Shown piece after piece: positions 13,501 to 25,002 of a stretch of DNA of 64,000 nt. The translations under genes were made by a program, and so were the position numbers. This DNA is from Geosiphon pyriformis uo1. Lineage: Eukaryota > Fungi > Glomeromycota. The notes below the pieces were generated by a model. That model saw only the letters and a list, made by a program, of their open reading frames with translations, was not told the DNA's origin and made no database searches. Every line of letters begins with the position of its first letter. Within the stretch, counting starts at the first letter, position 1. Where the stretch lies: positions 1,312,893-1,376,892 of the forward strand of contig JAAOMT010000512.1 of the NCBI GenBank assembly GCA_016748015.1, written 5' to 3'.

Positions 13501-16500
13501 AAATTTATTTTGAATCTTATTTGTTTTTTTAAAAAATCATTAATATTATTAAAAGTTTTATTTTTTTTAATATTAAAATTTGTTATGTTTTTGTTTTAAT
13601 TTTGTTTTTAATAAAGTAATTAGTTTTTAAACAAAAATCTTTTTAATTCAAAATATAAAAAATATAAAATAAAAAAACATTTTTTGAAAGTTAAAATAAA
13701 TAAAAATAAAAGTTTTTATAATAATATAATTGACTTTTTCAATTTTAAAATTTAAAAACTTTATAATAAATTAGTTTATATATTAAAAAATTGTAATTTT
13801 TAATATTTATAGTAAAATTTATTATTATTATTATAATTATTAAAATTTGTAATACTTTTAATTTTAAATTAATAATATTCAAGTTAATTAAAAAACTGTC
13901 TAATAAATTTTTATTATTTAAAAATATAAAATAATTTAATAATTTATTGTTTTTTGGTTTTTATTATATGTAAAAATTATTATTTATAATTTAAAAAATA
14001 TTATTATGTTTAATTTCTTAATTATTTATTAATTTAAATATTTATATTTTTTTATTTAACAAGTATAATTTAATTATTATTTATTGTAACATAATTTATA
14101 AAAAATTTTAAAATAAGTATAATTTATGTTTTTTAATATATAATTAGTAACTTAAATTAATTAACACTATATTATATATTAATAATACGTAAACCATTTA
14201 TAATTATATAAAAAACTAATTACAAATCAATAATAAAACCAAAATTAATAGGCTAATCTTAAGCAAAATATTTTTATAAAAAAGTTTTTTAAAATTAAGT
14301 ACTATAAAATCATAAATATTAATTAAAATCAATTTATTAATAATAATTAAACTCATTTTTTTACAAATAATTTTTAGCTTAAAATTTAGCAATAAAATTT
14401 TTACTTTATAATATATTATTATATTATAAACAAAATTTTACTTTATAGTATATTATTATATTATAAACAAAATTTATTATATATAAATAGTTTTAATAAT
14501 ATTTTTAAATATTATAAATAATTTAAAAACCCAATTTCTAAAAACGAAACTTTTAATAATAATTATGTAAATATAATTATTAATAACAATATTATAAAAC
14601 AGTTAAAAAACAAAAAAGTTTATAAATAATTATAGTAACAAATAGTTTTTATACAAAGTTTTTATAAAATAAATATAAAAACTAGCAATATTGTAATTTA
14701 ATAAATTAGTTCTAAATAACTATTGTTATTTAAGTAAAAAATCAATTTAATTATAAAAAAATATATAATTAATATATAAGATATGCTGCAATAAAACCAG
14801 ACAAAGTAAATATTTAATTATGTAATATAAATGAGAAGCTAGTGTGGCTGTAAGTTAATTAATTTGATTATATTTTGATTATTTCGGTTATAACTACAGT
14901 TTATATTTTAAGTTGTTATTATATGTCTTCAAGTTGATTAGAATAGACTTTTACTTGAATTATAATATGCTTAATATAGGATTATGTTTATATAAAAATA
15001 TAAATATGAAACTAATTTTACATTAAATTGACTATAGAACCAAAAAAGTACAACACAATTAGAAGCATTCTAAAAAAAAAACAAAAAAAAAAATTGCTTA
15101 ATACATTTTTAAAATGAATGACATTAAAACTTTTAAGGAATATTTACATAAAAAAAATCACTTATGAAATTTATCAAGAGGAAAAGAAAATAATAAATAT
15201 TAAAAAAAGAAAGCAGGATAAAGATGTACTATTATTATTAACAAATAAAAAACAAAAATATTTGAATGAAAAAATTTAATGCAAACAAATATACCATCTA
15301 TTTTCAACTTAATAAGATTTCTAAACACAATATTTTAATGTTCCAAACTTTTACTGTGAATACAAAGTTCTTTTGTTTTTAATGCATGTACTATTAAAAG
15401 ATGAATTAATCACTAGATCTAAATGAAAGTTTAGGGAAGACATCGTTAATTACAGGTAAAATACATTAAAAATATGAAAAGTAATAAAAAGAAAACATCA
15501 AATAAATTATTAAGATAGAAACTGTTTAATTAACGAATCAATTATTGCATACAATTTGATTAGTATCTAATGAACTTATAAAAATAACACAATTCACATC
15601 TAATTTATTAACATTAATTAAATTTAAAACTTGTTATTAAAAACAATAAAATAAAAAATTAAAGTATTTTTTAACATAAATAATAGCAAAGTAGTTTTAA
15701 TCAACTATTTAATAATAAATTTATTATATTAGATTTATTTTATTGTTTTTATGTTTTATAATTTTTAATTATCTTAACAACATAAACAGAATTTTTATCA
15801 ATTAATATTAATCAACAAAAGACCAAAAAATTAGCTTGTTTTAATTTAATATAATCTTTTTTTATAGTATAATTAATTGTAATTAGATTAATATAATTTT
15901 ATAAAATTTAAACAAAGCTAAAAAACTTACTTTTTTATAAATATTTATGAGAATTTTTTAATAATTATAATTTGATTTGATAATATGTCTAATTTTTTAA
16001 AATTATTATTTATTAATATTTTTTTATTTTTAACCAATATTATATCTTTAACCAAACTAGATTTTAATATAAATATATTAAATTAATAATTTCTTAAAAC
16101 TATTTACTAATAAAAACAATTTTTTTATTATTTGTAATTTTTTTATAAAGTTTTTTTATTTAATAATCAAAAAATTAATATATTTAATACATAAAATTTT
16201 TTAACAGTAATTTTTAATTTTTTTTTTGATTAATATAAACTTTTTTAAATTATGCTTGGAATTAGTTTTTATGTTATTAAAAATACCAAAAACTTTAATT
16301 TTTATTGTTTAAAAACAAGATAAAAAATAAGTTGTATTATTAATAAAAAATAATATAACTTTTATAATTATATGTTTTTTATATTAACAGTTTTATAATT
16401 TAAAAATAAATATTATTTGTACTTTTTAGTAAATATTTATTTAATAAATTTTTATAAAAGTTAACAATATATAAAAAAAATAAAAAATAAAAAATAAACA

Positions 16501-16914
16501 ATAAAAATAAATAAAATTGTTGTATTGATTTTATTAAGAAATTTAATTGAAAATAAATGTAGTTTAAAAATAAATTGATTGAAGTGTAAAATATTTTTTA
16601 ATTAATCAGATTAATAATTAGATCAATAATCAAGTTAATAACCAAGTTAATGATTAAGTCAATGATTAATCAAATTAATTAAATTAATAACTAATTCTAA
16701 ATATAAGTTGATTAATACATATAACTAAATATAATTGGATAATTAAATAAATTAAAAACTAAAAGATTTAATTATAATACTACTATTATTGTTGCAAAAA
16801 AACTTTAAAAATTTAAATTATAATCAATAATAAAATTATTATTTCTTTTAACAACTTTGTTTTATGTTGTTTAGATTGGCAAAAAATGTTAAAAGAGTTA
16901 AAAAAAACAATTTT

Positions 16915-16950
<36 letters not shown>
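10520..16950. other. Large AT desert, probable nested hypermutated transposon fossils
   Basis: Many 60-nt lines have only 2-5 G+C. Contains fossil 12-bp tandem repeats shared with 5911-5968. Confidence 0.7.
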
Positions 16951-16953
<3 letters not shown>

Positions 16954-17250
16954 TCAAAAATGTTTTTAAAATTTTTAATTAAAAAAAATTTTTTTTTAAC
17001 CAGTGACGCTTAACTATTTAAATTCAAAATCAGTTTTTTAATTTTTAATTTTTTAATTATGCAAATATGTGAAAAAAATTATTGATATTTTTAGGTGGAT
17101 CTATTTTTTATTTTTCAAAATTTTTAATAAATAATTGATTAAAGAAAAAAACAAGAGTATAAATATTTCATTCTTAAAAGTGTGAATAAGTCAAACAATT
17201 TTTTTTTTTAAGCGGGAAAATAAAATTTTTTGTATGCAAAAGATCATTAA

Positions 17251-17252
<2 letters not shown>

Positions 17253-17302
<50 letters not shown>
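17253..17302 (+). repeat. Poly(A)50
   Basis: Direct reading. Confidence 0.95.
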
Positions 17303-17304
<2 letters not shown>

Positions 17305-18054
17305 GTAGATCCGGAAAAATTAAAAATCTTATTTAATTAATATGTTTCAATAATATATGGTTCAAATTTCAAAAGATAATATATAGACTAAATTGAATGA
17401 GTTTTTTCAACGTCCTTAAAAAGGGGGTTGGGATATCAAAAAGGGATGGGGTATCAAAATTCTTTTTTTAAACTAAATGCTTTGAAAATTTATTGTCAAT
17501 ATTTTGATGTATCAAAAATGTAAAATTGTTTAGAGAATAGTTGAATTAAAAATTTGGAAAATTATTATCCGGGAATCGGTCTCTTTTTCGAAAAAATGAC
17601 AAGAGAAATACGATTTGAAAGTGAAGAAGGATTTTGTTAAAAAAAAATTTGTATCAATATTTTTATAATATCAAATGGAGGTATAGTACAAGTATCTATC
17701 TATTTGATAAAGTTTTATAATATCCGGCAATTTCTCAGACTATGGTATCATGGTAAAGAGGGGATTAATCATCGGTATATAGGAAAAGACGACAGAACTA
17801 TGGAAATTGATTTGTAACTAATTACTCAAAATATTTTCTTAAATTCGTTTAACAAGAGGTTAGGTGATTAGAGGTGAAAGAATAAGACTGGCTAATCTAT
17901 TAAATGACTGAAAATGGTATGATTAAATTAAAAAAGAAAAGGCCAAATAGAGAAACAATAAAAAACTTTAAAAAGCAATGAAAATCTACTTGTAAATGAG
18001 ATCATTTTAACTCATTCACCCATATAGAACATTAAACCATCAAGATGTACAAAT

Positions 18055-18147
18055 TTTGTTGAGATAAATTTATCAGGAAACAATGTAAATCGGATATTTG
18101 ACTACAAAACAACGATCTATTCAGATTCTGATGGGTGGAATGACAGC
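18055..18147 (+). repeat. Dispersed noncoding module family 1, copy A
   Basis: tcaggaaacaatgtaaatcggatatttgactacaaaacaacgatct is homologous to 21203-21304 and to the reverse complement of 19319-19440. Confidence 0.8.
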
Positions 18148-18362
18148 TTTAAAAAATAAACAAGGATTATAAGCACACAACCAGCCTGATTGATGATTGT
18201 CCATGATTTTCTGAGTCAGAGAAAAATAATTTTTGGGTTTCTAAATAAAAATTTCAGGATTTTATATTTTTTTAACAATTTGATTTTTAAAAAAAGTGAC
18301 AAATCAAAATTATCGTCATATTCTTTTTATAAAGTAACTTTGAAATAATAGTAGTAATGATA

Positions 18363-18432
18363 AATCAATTAATCAATTCAATTCAATTCAATTAATCAAT
18401 TCAATTCAATTAATCAATTAATCAATTAATCA
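18363..18432. repeat. (TCAAT/TAATCAAT)n microsatellite
   Basis: Direct reading. Confidence 0.85.
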
Positions 18433-19068
18433 ACTTGATCTTTTTTGTTATTATTTATCAAAAAATTCATACTTTTAAACTTTTCAATTCATTCAAGGGA
18501 AACCGGGGTTGAATTCAAATGTAAAAATACATATAGTGGGTACGTATAATAACCCGCAAAGATTAAAACTCAATTCAAAAACTAAACTATACCTTAAAAT
18601 AGTAAAGCTTTAAAATTCAGACTTTAAACCCCATCCAATCAATTTGATTTAGAGTTCGTTAATTTTACATTACAAGCATGAAATTTTCAAAAATAAATGA
18701 TTTTGAACTCGATATTCCTTCATAATAATCATCATCATAATCATCATCATACTTGGCCAATTAAATTTACCCCAATTTTAGAGCGAAAAATCCAAAAAAC
18801 GGCATTTCCCTTTTTTTCTTCTATAATCTTCATTATCTTAATATGGTAATTTTTGAAAATTTCCTGCTATCAATTGGATGCTTTGATTGGTAACAATTAC
18901 AAAAGGAAATTAAAATAAGATTATTCCGAGAATACATTCATTCCAAAAAAAGCCAAAAAAAAAAACGCCCCGATCCCATTGTAAAATCAATTTGGAAAAT
19001 TAAAATATACCGAACGCCCCGGTGTTTAGACTTGTATTGTGTTTTCAGAACTACTATCGACCACGCAG

Positions 19069-19170
19069 GCACAAATTTGTCAATTACCCTCGGGAATCTA
19101 GAAATTCAATACATCGGCCGACTCATACGCTCCCGAAATCGACATCATGCATACAATCAATAAATCAAGT
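19069..19170 (+). repeat. Dispersed noncoding module family 2, copy 1
   Basis: Shares exact CCGAAATCGACATC (19133-19146) and colinear flanks with 20017-20120. Confidence 0.8.
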
Positions 19171-19318
19171 TTCGCAGAGTTTATTACTATTACTGCTGCT
19201 GCAATCAAAAATATCAGACATTTTTTCTATTTGATCATTCATTCAATCATTCATTCCAATAAAAACGGTGTTATTAATCAATGGCTTTTAGTGCGTGTAT
19301 CGTTTTTTGAGTCTAAAA

Positions 19319-19440
19319 TACGATTCGAAAAATTCCCTTTACTGACATTACCGTCATATATACCGAAAAGATTGAACAGATCGTTGTTTTCTATTTAAAC
19401 GACCGATTAACAACAACCCTGTCTGAATTATTTGAACAAT
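19319..19440 (-). repeat. Dispersed noncoding module family 1, copy C (inverted)
   Basis: Reverse complement reads gacagggttgttgttaatcggtcgtttaaatagaaaacaacgatctgttcaa. Confidence 0.85.
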
Positions 19441-19724
19441 GTTTAAAACCTAAACGTCCAGTCTATCGGTTTAAAATTTTTTTATGTATGAGATAGTGGG
19501 AATTTTAAGAAACGTGTATTACCTTTGTTTTCCTAAATGATTTGATATTATCTTATGGGGGGGGGGCGGGGTGGGAGGTTGAAATAAAAAATTTTCTCAT
19601 TTTTAAAATTTGGAAAAAAAACCATCATATTCAACGCTATTATTATTTCAAAAAAAAATTATTAATTTTATCTACCGTAATAAATCAATGATTTTAAATC
19701 ATACATTGTGAGGTTAGGATAATA

Positions 19725-19900
19725 TAAAATAGAATAGGATAGGATAGGATTGGATTGGATTAGAGTTAGGGTTAGGGTTAGGGTTAATGTTAGGGTTAGG
19801 GTCAAGATTAGGATAGGAGGATAAGATGGGATAGGATAGGTTAGGTTATGATGGGATAGGATAGGTTAGGTTGTGATGGGATAGATGGGGTGGGTAGGGG
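19725..19900 (+). repeat. Compound G-rich microsatellite (GGATA/GGATT/GGTTA) containing interstitial TTAGGG repeats
   Basis: Five perfect TTAGGG units between 19766 and 19801 plus variants. Confidence 0.85.
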
Positions 19901-20016
19901 GGAAGGAACACAAACAAGAAAGCAAGCAAATAATAAACCTTTTAAAAGTTCAAACGCCCAACCAACCATTTGGAATTCTGAACTCGACAATCAAACAATC
20001 GAGTTTTCACGAAACC

Positions 20017-20120
20017 GCATAAATTTCATCAATTCCCCCTTTAAAATCTAAAAATTGAATTAATCGAACGAATTCTCCAGGTCCGAAATCGACATCTTGA
20101 ATGTATCAAATGATCAATTC
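20017..20120 (+). repeat. Dispersed noncoding module family 2, copy 2
   Basis: CCGAAATCGACATC at 20083-20096 with flanks colinear to copy 1. Confidence 0.8.
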
Positions 20121-20603
20121 ATGTACACAATCAAATCATAGTTAAATCTGGTTTTCCTCGTACACTCAGCACAGATATTTAAAATAGGGCACGTGCATAA
20201 AAGATTTGAGTATTTGAATCGGTGATGCCATTAAATTTTATTGATGATGGAAAACGTGCACTTTTATAATGGGGCTAATCGAAATTTAAGCTCGAAAAGA
20301 GCCGCATTTATCAAACTCTCGAGATTCCCAATTTTTTTTTTATCCGTAACTTTTGTACACATTGGGATAAAATTTAACGTTTCATCATCATCATCATTTT
20401 AAAAAGGTGGTGATGGTTTTTTAAAACAAAAAGAGTTATTTCTCGTTTTTACATTTATAATTTAAATGAGGGTTTCTTTTTAAAGTTAAAAATTACCATC
20501 ATCTTTATAAACCTGGTCTGGAATAATGGCGATTTTTCTGGAAAATTCCAATTTTTTATTTTGACTAGTGAAAATTTTGGAATTTTTACATAATAATAAT
20601 TAA

Positions 20604-20646
<43 letters not shown>

Positions 20647-20896
20647 TATTCACAACAGTCAAAATGTTAAAAGATCCTTTTCGTTTCCGAAAACGGTATT
20701 TCATTATACAAATCGGTATGCGCGAAAGAAGAGAAAAAATTCCAATTTTTTTGGCCATATAATGTCAGACTCATGGTCAATGTGCATAAAATGATGTAAC
20801 TAGCACGTGATTTAAAAATAAACCGTTAGATGATGATGGAGCACCACTACCATAATGTTCATTAATTCATTCATCAACAAATATTATTATACTTTA

Positions 20897-20927
<31 letters not shown>

Positions 20928-21202
20928 GATTTAGATTTAGATTTAGATTCTATTTCATAAATAGATCCTTATTATTATTATCAGAAGTGATAGACAAATA
21001 TGTGTATGATTAAGATAATTGTACAGATTCTATTGTCCGGAACATTGTAAAATTAAAAAAACTAAAATGACTAACAATAAAAAATAAAAAAAAAGCATCA
21101 TTTCTTTTAAACATGGTTTCACATACAATATTAAACACATTCACAAGCATTTCCGAAATTGGCAAAGCGTGATTACCGCATTTATGTAATACAAATGTGA
21201 GG

Positions 21203-21304
21203 TTTGTTGGGCCAAATTTTGTCAGGGTCATCGTTAATCGGTTGTTTGAATACAAAACAACGATCTGATCAAATTTTCTAAGGACTATCTGATAGAACGA
21301 CAGG
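21203..21304 (+). repeat. Dispersed noncoding module family 1, copy B
   Basis: gtcagggtcatcgttaatcggttgtttgaatacaaaacaacgatctgatcaa. Confidence 0.85.
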
Positions 21305-21398
21305 CTGTCAATAGAGGTAGTTTTTTTTTGTGTGTGTGTGTCTACTATTAGAACTGAACTGATCCTGGGTGATCAATCATCTAGAAATTTTTTTTTTT

Positions 21399-21413
21399 GT
21401 GTGTTGTTGTGTG

Positions 21414-21448
<35 letters not shown>

Positions 21449-21450
21449 GT
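21399..21450. repeat. (GT)n microsatellite
   Basis: Direct reading. Confidence 0.9.
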
Positions 21451-21869
21451 TTAACACCAGTACCAGTACCCCGCACCTGTCTAATTGAAACCTTTTTTTT
21501 TAATGGTAGGCAAGTGATTTAGAAGTTCTTTTTACTACTATCTTCCCAGGAAAGAAAATTTTCAAAAATATTTTATTTTATAAAAATTTAATATTGAAGA
21601 TAATTTATGTGAAAATAATTTTTATAATAATTTTGAAATCTCAAATAATTTAAATATTCAAATAGAAAATCTAAAAAAATTTCCAAAAAAAATTTAATAT
21701 AATAAAAAGAAAAATTTTTAAATCATTTTTGTCTTGAAATTTTATCCAAAATAATATCATTGATTTTTTTTTAATAATATAATAAATTCTTTTAATGAGA
21801 TAAATTTTTTTTTGACTTTTTTCTCAAAATCATAAATATTCCTTATATGCAATGGAATAATAAATAAAT

Positions 21870-21935
21870 AACCAACCAACCAACCAACCAACCCAACCCA
21901 ACCCAACCCAACTAAACCAAACCAAACCAAACCAA
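21870..21935. repeat. (AACC)n/(AACCC)n/(AAACC)n compound microsatellite
   Basis: Direct reading. Confidence 0.9.
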
Positions 21936-22769
21936 AGAATCGTATTTATAATTTTTTTTCACCAATTTCAAATTCTGTGCTAAATATGTGATTCTTTTTA
22001 ATCATATATAGTACAATGGACGTGTGATCAACGATTGTAAAAATAAAAATTGTTTCATGATTAAAAATTATTCAACATTTCCCTAATATCGATTAATTAG
22101 CATTCGGGAAAATAAAAAAATCACTCCACTTGATATCCCTAATTCAGTTTTTCAGCCTTTTCGGCGGGATCTTGTCCATTTCAGCCTTGAAAATCCCCAA
22201 ATCAAAAATACAATGTTTTCCCAAATGTCTAACCAAAAATCTGCATTAAAAAAAAACTCTAAACTAAGAATTTCCCATCAAGTCAAAAAGTACACACAGA
22301 CATTTTTTTTCCAAAGATAAGTCAAAGATAGGAAAATCAAATCGTGAATTTGAAAATCAATACAATTCATCCAACTAGGTAATATTATGGCTAGGACGAG
22401 TCTGGGGAGTTTTTTTTTTTTTTTTTTTTAATTTATATTGTTGTAAATTTTCCTTTTAATATAATATAATGTAATGTAAAAATTTTTGATAACATGAGAC
22501 ATTTCACTTTTTTTTTTTTTCATTTTTTCATTTTTTCATTTTTTTTTTTTTTCGCCCTTTGAAACACTCAAAAGACTTGGATTCATGTAAGACAAGAAGC
22601 ACCACTCCTGAATCTTAGTTGACATAACATCGGGGGTTTTTTTTTTAAAAATCCTACTTTTTAATTGATAAAAATTTTTTTCTATATTCGAATCGATTTT
22701 TAAAACCAGACTTTCCACACCATCTTTTTTCACATACTGGTAGAAATACCTGATGATAAATGATAAATG

Positions 22770-22844
22770 ATGGATGATGATGATGTTGTTGTTATTATTG
22801 TTATTGTTGTTGTCGCTTTTGCTGTTGTTGCTGTTGTTATAGTT

Positions 22845-22888
<44 letters not shown>

Positions 22889-22985
22889 TGTTGATATTAG
22901 GTTGTTTTTTTTTCTTATAATTTAATACTCTAAAATGCATCATCATCATCATCATCATCATCATTATTATTATTATTATTATCAT
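22770..22985. repeat. Trinucleotide microsatellite cluster (GAT, GTT, TAG, CAT, TAT)
   Basis: Direct reading; explains spurious ORF 22536-22985. Confidence 0.9.
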
Positions 22986-22988
22986 TTA

Positions 22989-23068
22989 TGATCGTTTAAG
23001 GACATACTGATCAAAATTTCCTATGATATCTCAAATTACGACGCAGTAGAAAGGGTTTTCGAATCGTA
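22989..23068 (+). repeat. Dispersed noncoding module family 1, degenerate copy D
   Basis: tcgtttaa...ctgatcaaaatttcctatgatatct matches copy B (ctgatcaaattttctaaggactatct); cagtagaaagggttttcgaatcgta matches copy C (cagtaaagggaatttttcgaatcgta). Confidence 0.6.
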
Positions 23069-23365
23069 AAAATTGCTCATATTTTTTGTTTTCGCGTTTT
23101 TTTTTTTGTTTTTTTTTTTGTTTTTTAAATTCAAATCAATTTTCTTCTATTTCTTTCTCGTACTTTTTAAAAATTTATACAATACTTTATCGGTCATCTA
23201 AGAGTTTATCATCATTTTGTTGTGGATTTTTATTTAAATCCTCATAAATTTTCTCACTTGATTTCCATTAAATTTCTCTTTAGCAAAAAGAAAAATTTTT
23301 TATAAAAAAAAATAAAAAAAAAAAAAAAAATTTAACACCAATAAGAGTAATGATAATAAAAATAA

Positions 23366-23411
<46 letters not shown>

Positions 23412-23731
23412 TAATAGTGATAATAAATCAACAATTCGTTAATAAAAAAAAATTTTTACCTAAAAAATCTGATAATTTATATTATATTCTATTCTAAAAA
23501 TCAACTTAGTTTATCAATATATATATATATAAATATATATTGATTTTTTTTTTTTAAACTATCAATAAATTTAAACTAAAAATTATCGTAAAAAAAAAAA
23601 ATTTTATTTTTATTTTTTTTTTTAGCATTTATACAACCCAGATCCTGAACCGAGTGAAACAATTCTGTCAGAAAAGAAAAACAAAAAATAAAATTGTGCC
23701 TATTGGATTTTTTCTTTTTCAGCACTTTTCT

Positions 23732-23766
<35 letters not shown>

Positions 23767-25002
23767 TCTCTCTCTTTTCAAACCAAAAAAATAAAAAAGC
23801 CATCTTTTTTTCGTTTACACTTTTTTTCACACTTGCCACTCACACTCACCCACTCACCATTGTGGCTATTATATTAATAAAAAACATAAAAACTTTAATT
23901 TTTTGTGGCTATTACAACGAAAATAATAGTAACTTGATCCTTTAAAGAAAAACCCTCACCCAGAAATATTTATTACTCATCACTATACTCATTTATCCAT
24001 CTACTTTTTGCTGTACAAATTCCCAATTCTTCCAGAAAGGTAAATAAAAAAAACTATACTATTTTCTTTTCTTTTAATTTGTCACGTGTCTCTTTCTCTC
24101 TCCCTCTCTCTGTCTCTTCATTTCTTTTCTTCATTTTTCAAATGTGCATATCTTTTTTTTTTAAAAAAAAAATAAAAAAAAAAGTAAAAAAAAAAATAAA
24201 AAAGTATCACTCCCTTTTTGTTGGTCTTTCATCATAATCATGTACTCTATCTATTATGTATGGTATCCTCTATAATTTTCCGAAACAAAAAACATGTATA
24301 TATATACCCTCGTCTTATTGTGTCTGCTTGTATGTTTGTCTGTCTGTCTTGTTTATGCTACTTTTTGCCGTACATAGAGGAATACGTATATATCATAAAA
24401 AGATATTAAAACTCTTACGAAAATCTACTCAAAATCTTATATTATCGTCTAATGTACCATCACCATTTTGAATCAATCAATAATTATCGATTTCGAGTTT
24501 CATAAGCAATTCGCTATAGTGCGCAACCCATTAAAAAATAAAAAAAATAAAAAAATTCACGCTCACGTTCTCTCTGTTAATTTCTCCACTCAGGACACGT
24601 ATCGAAAAGAAAAATAATTATTCTTACTTCAAAACCCCCCGCATAATTGTTATCTAAGCAGTTAAAATTATAAGGTATGTTTTTTTCTCGGATTATTACT
24701 TTAATTAGAGCGCTTTTATTTTTTCGGCTTCTTCCTTCTATCGTTTTGTTGCTTTTTCTTCGAGTCAACGTGCTCACAAATTTTTAAAAAATTCCCGAAT
24801 AAGCCATCATGTTATATATTCCAAAAATATTTATCAAATTCTTTCTCCTCCTCCTCCTCCTTCTTCTTATCTTCAAAAGGTTTCTTGGTCTACTATTAAT
24901 TTCAATCAAACTGAAAAAGTCTGGGACAACCAACACACAGACCGTCCCAAAGCATTAAAACCTCTTACTTAAAAAGAATTCAAATCTTAAAAGATTTTAT
25001 CA

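Noticed and set aside
14760-15480. Slightly higher-GC patch in the desert, possibly a decayed transposase or LTR
   Set aside because: No recognisable motif or terminal repeat that I can support.
10520-16950. AT desert as organellar or endobacterial (Mollicutes-like) insertion
   Set aside because: No open reading frames or RNA genes, G+C too low for coding DNA, and it is continuous with recognisable transposon remnants.
18055-23068. Module family 1 as a CRISPR array or hammerhead ribozyme
   Set aside because: Copies are irregularly spaced, in both orientations and in a eukaryote; no complete CUGANGA/GAAA core with flanking stems was found.
22536-24777. Several ORFs with poly-M/Y/N/K or F-rich translations
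   Set aside because: Products of microsatellites and A/T runs; no domain or splice support.
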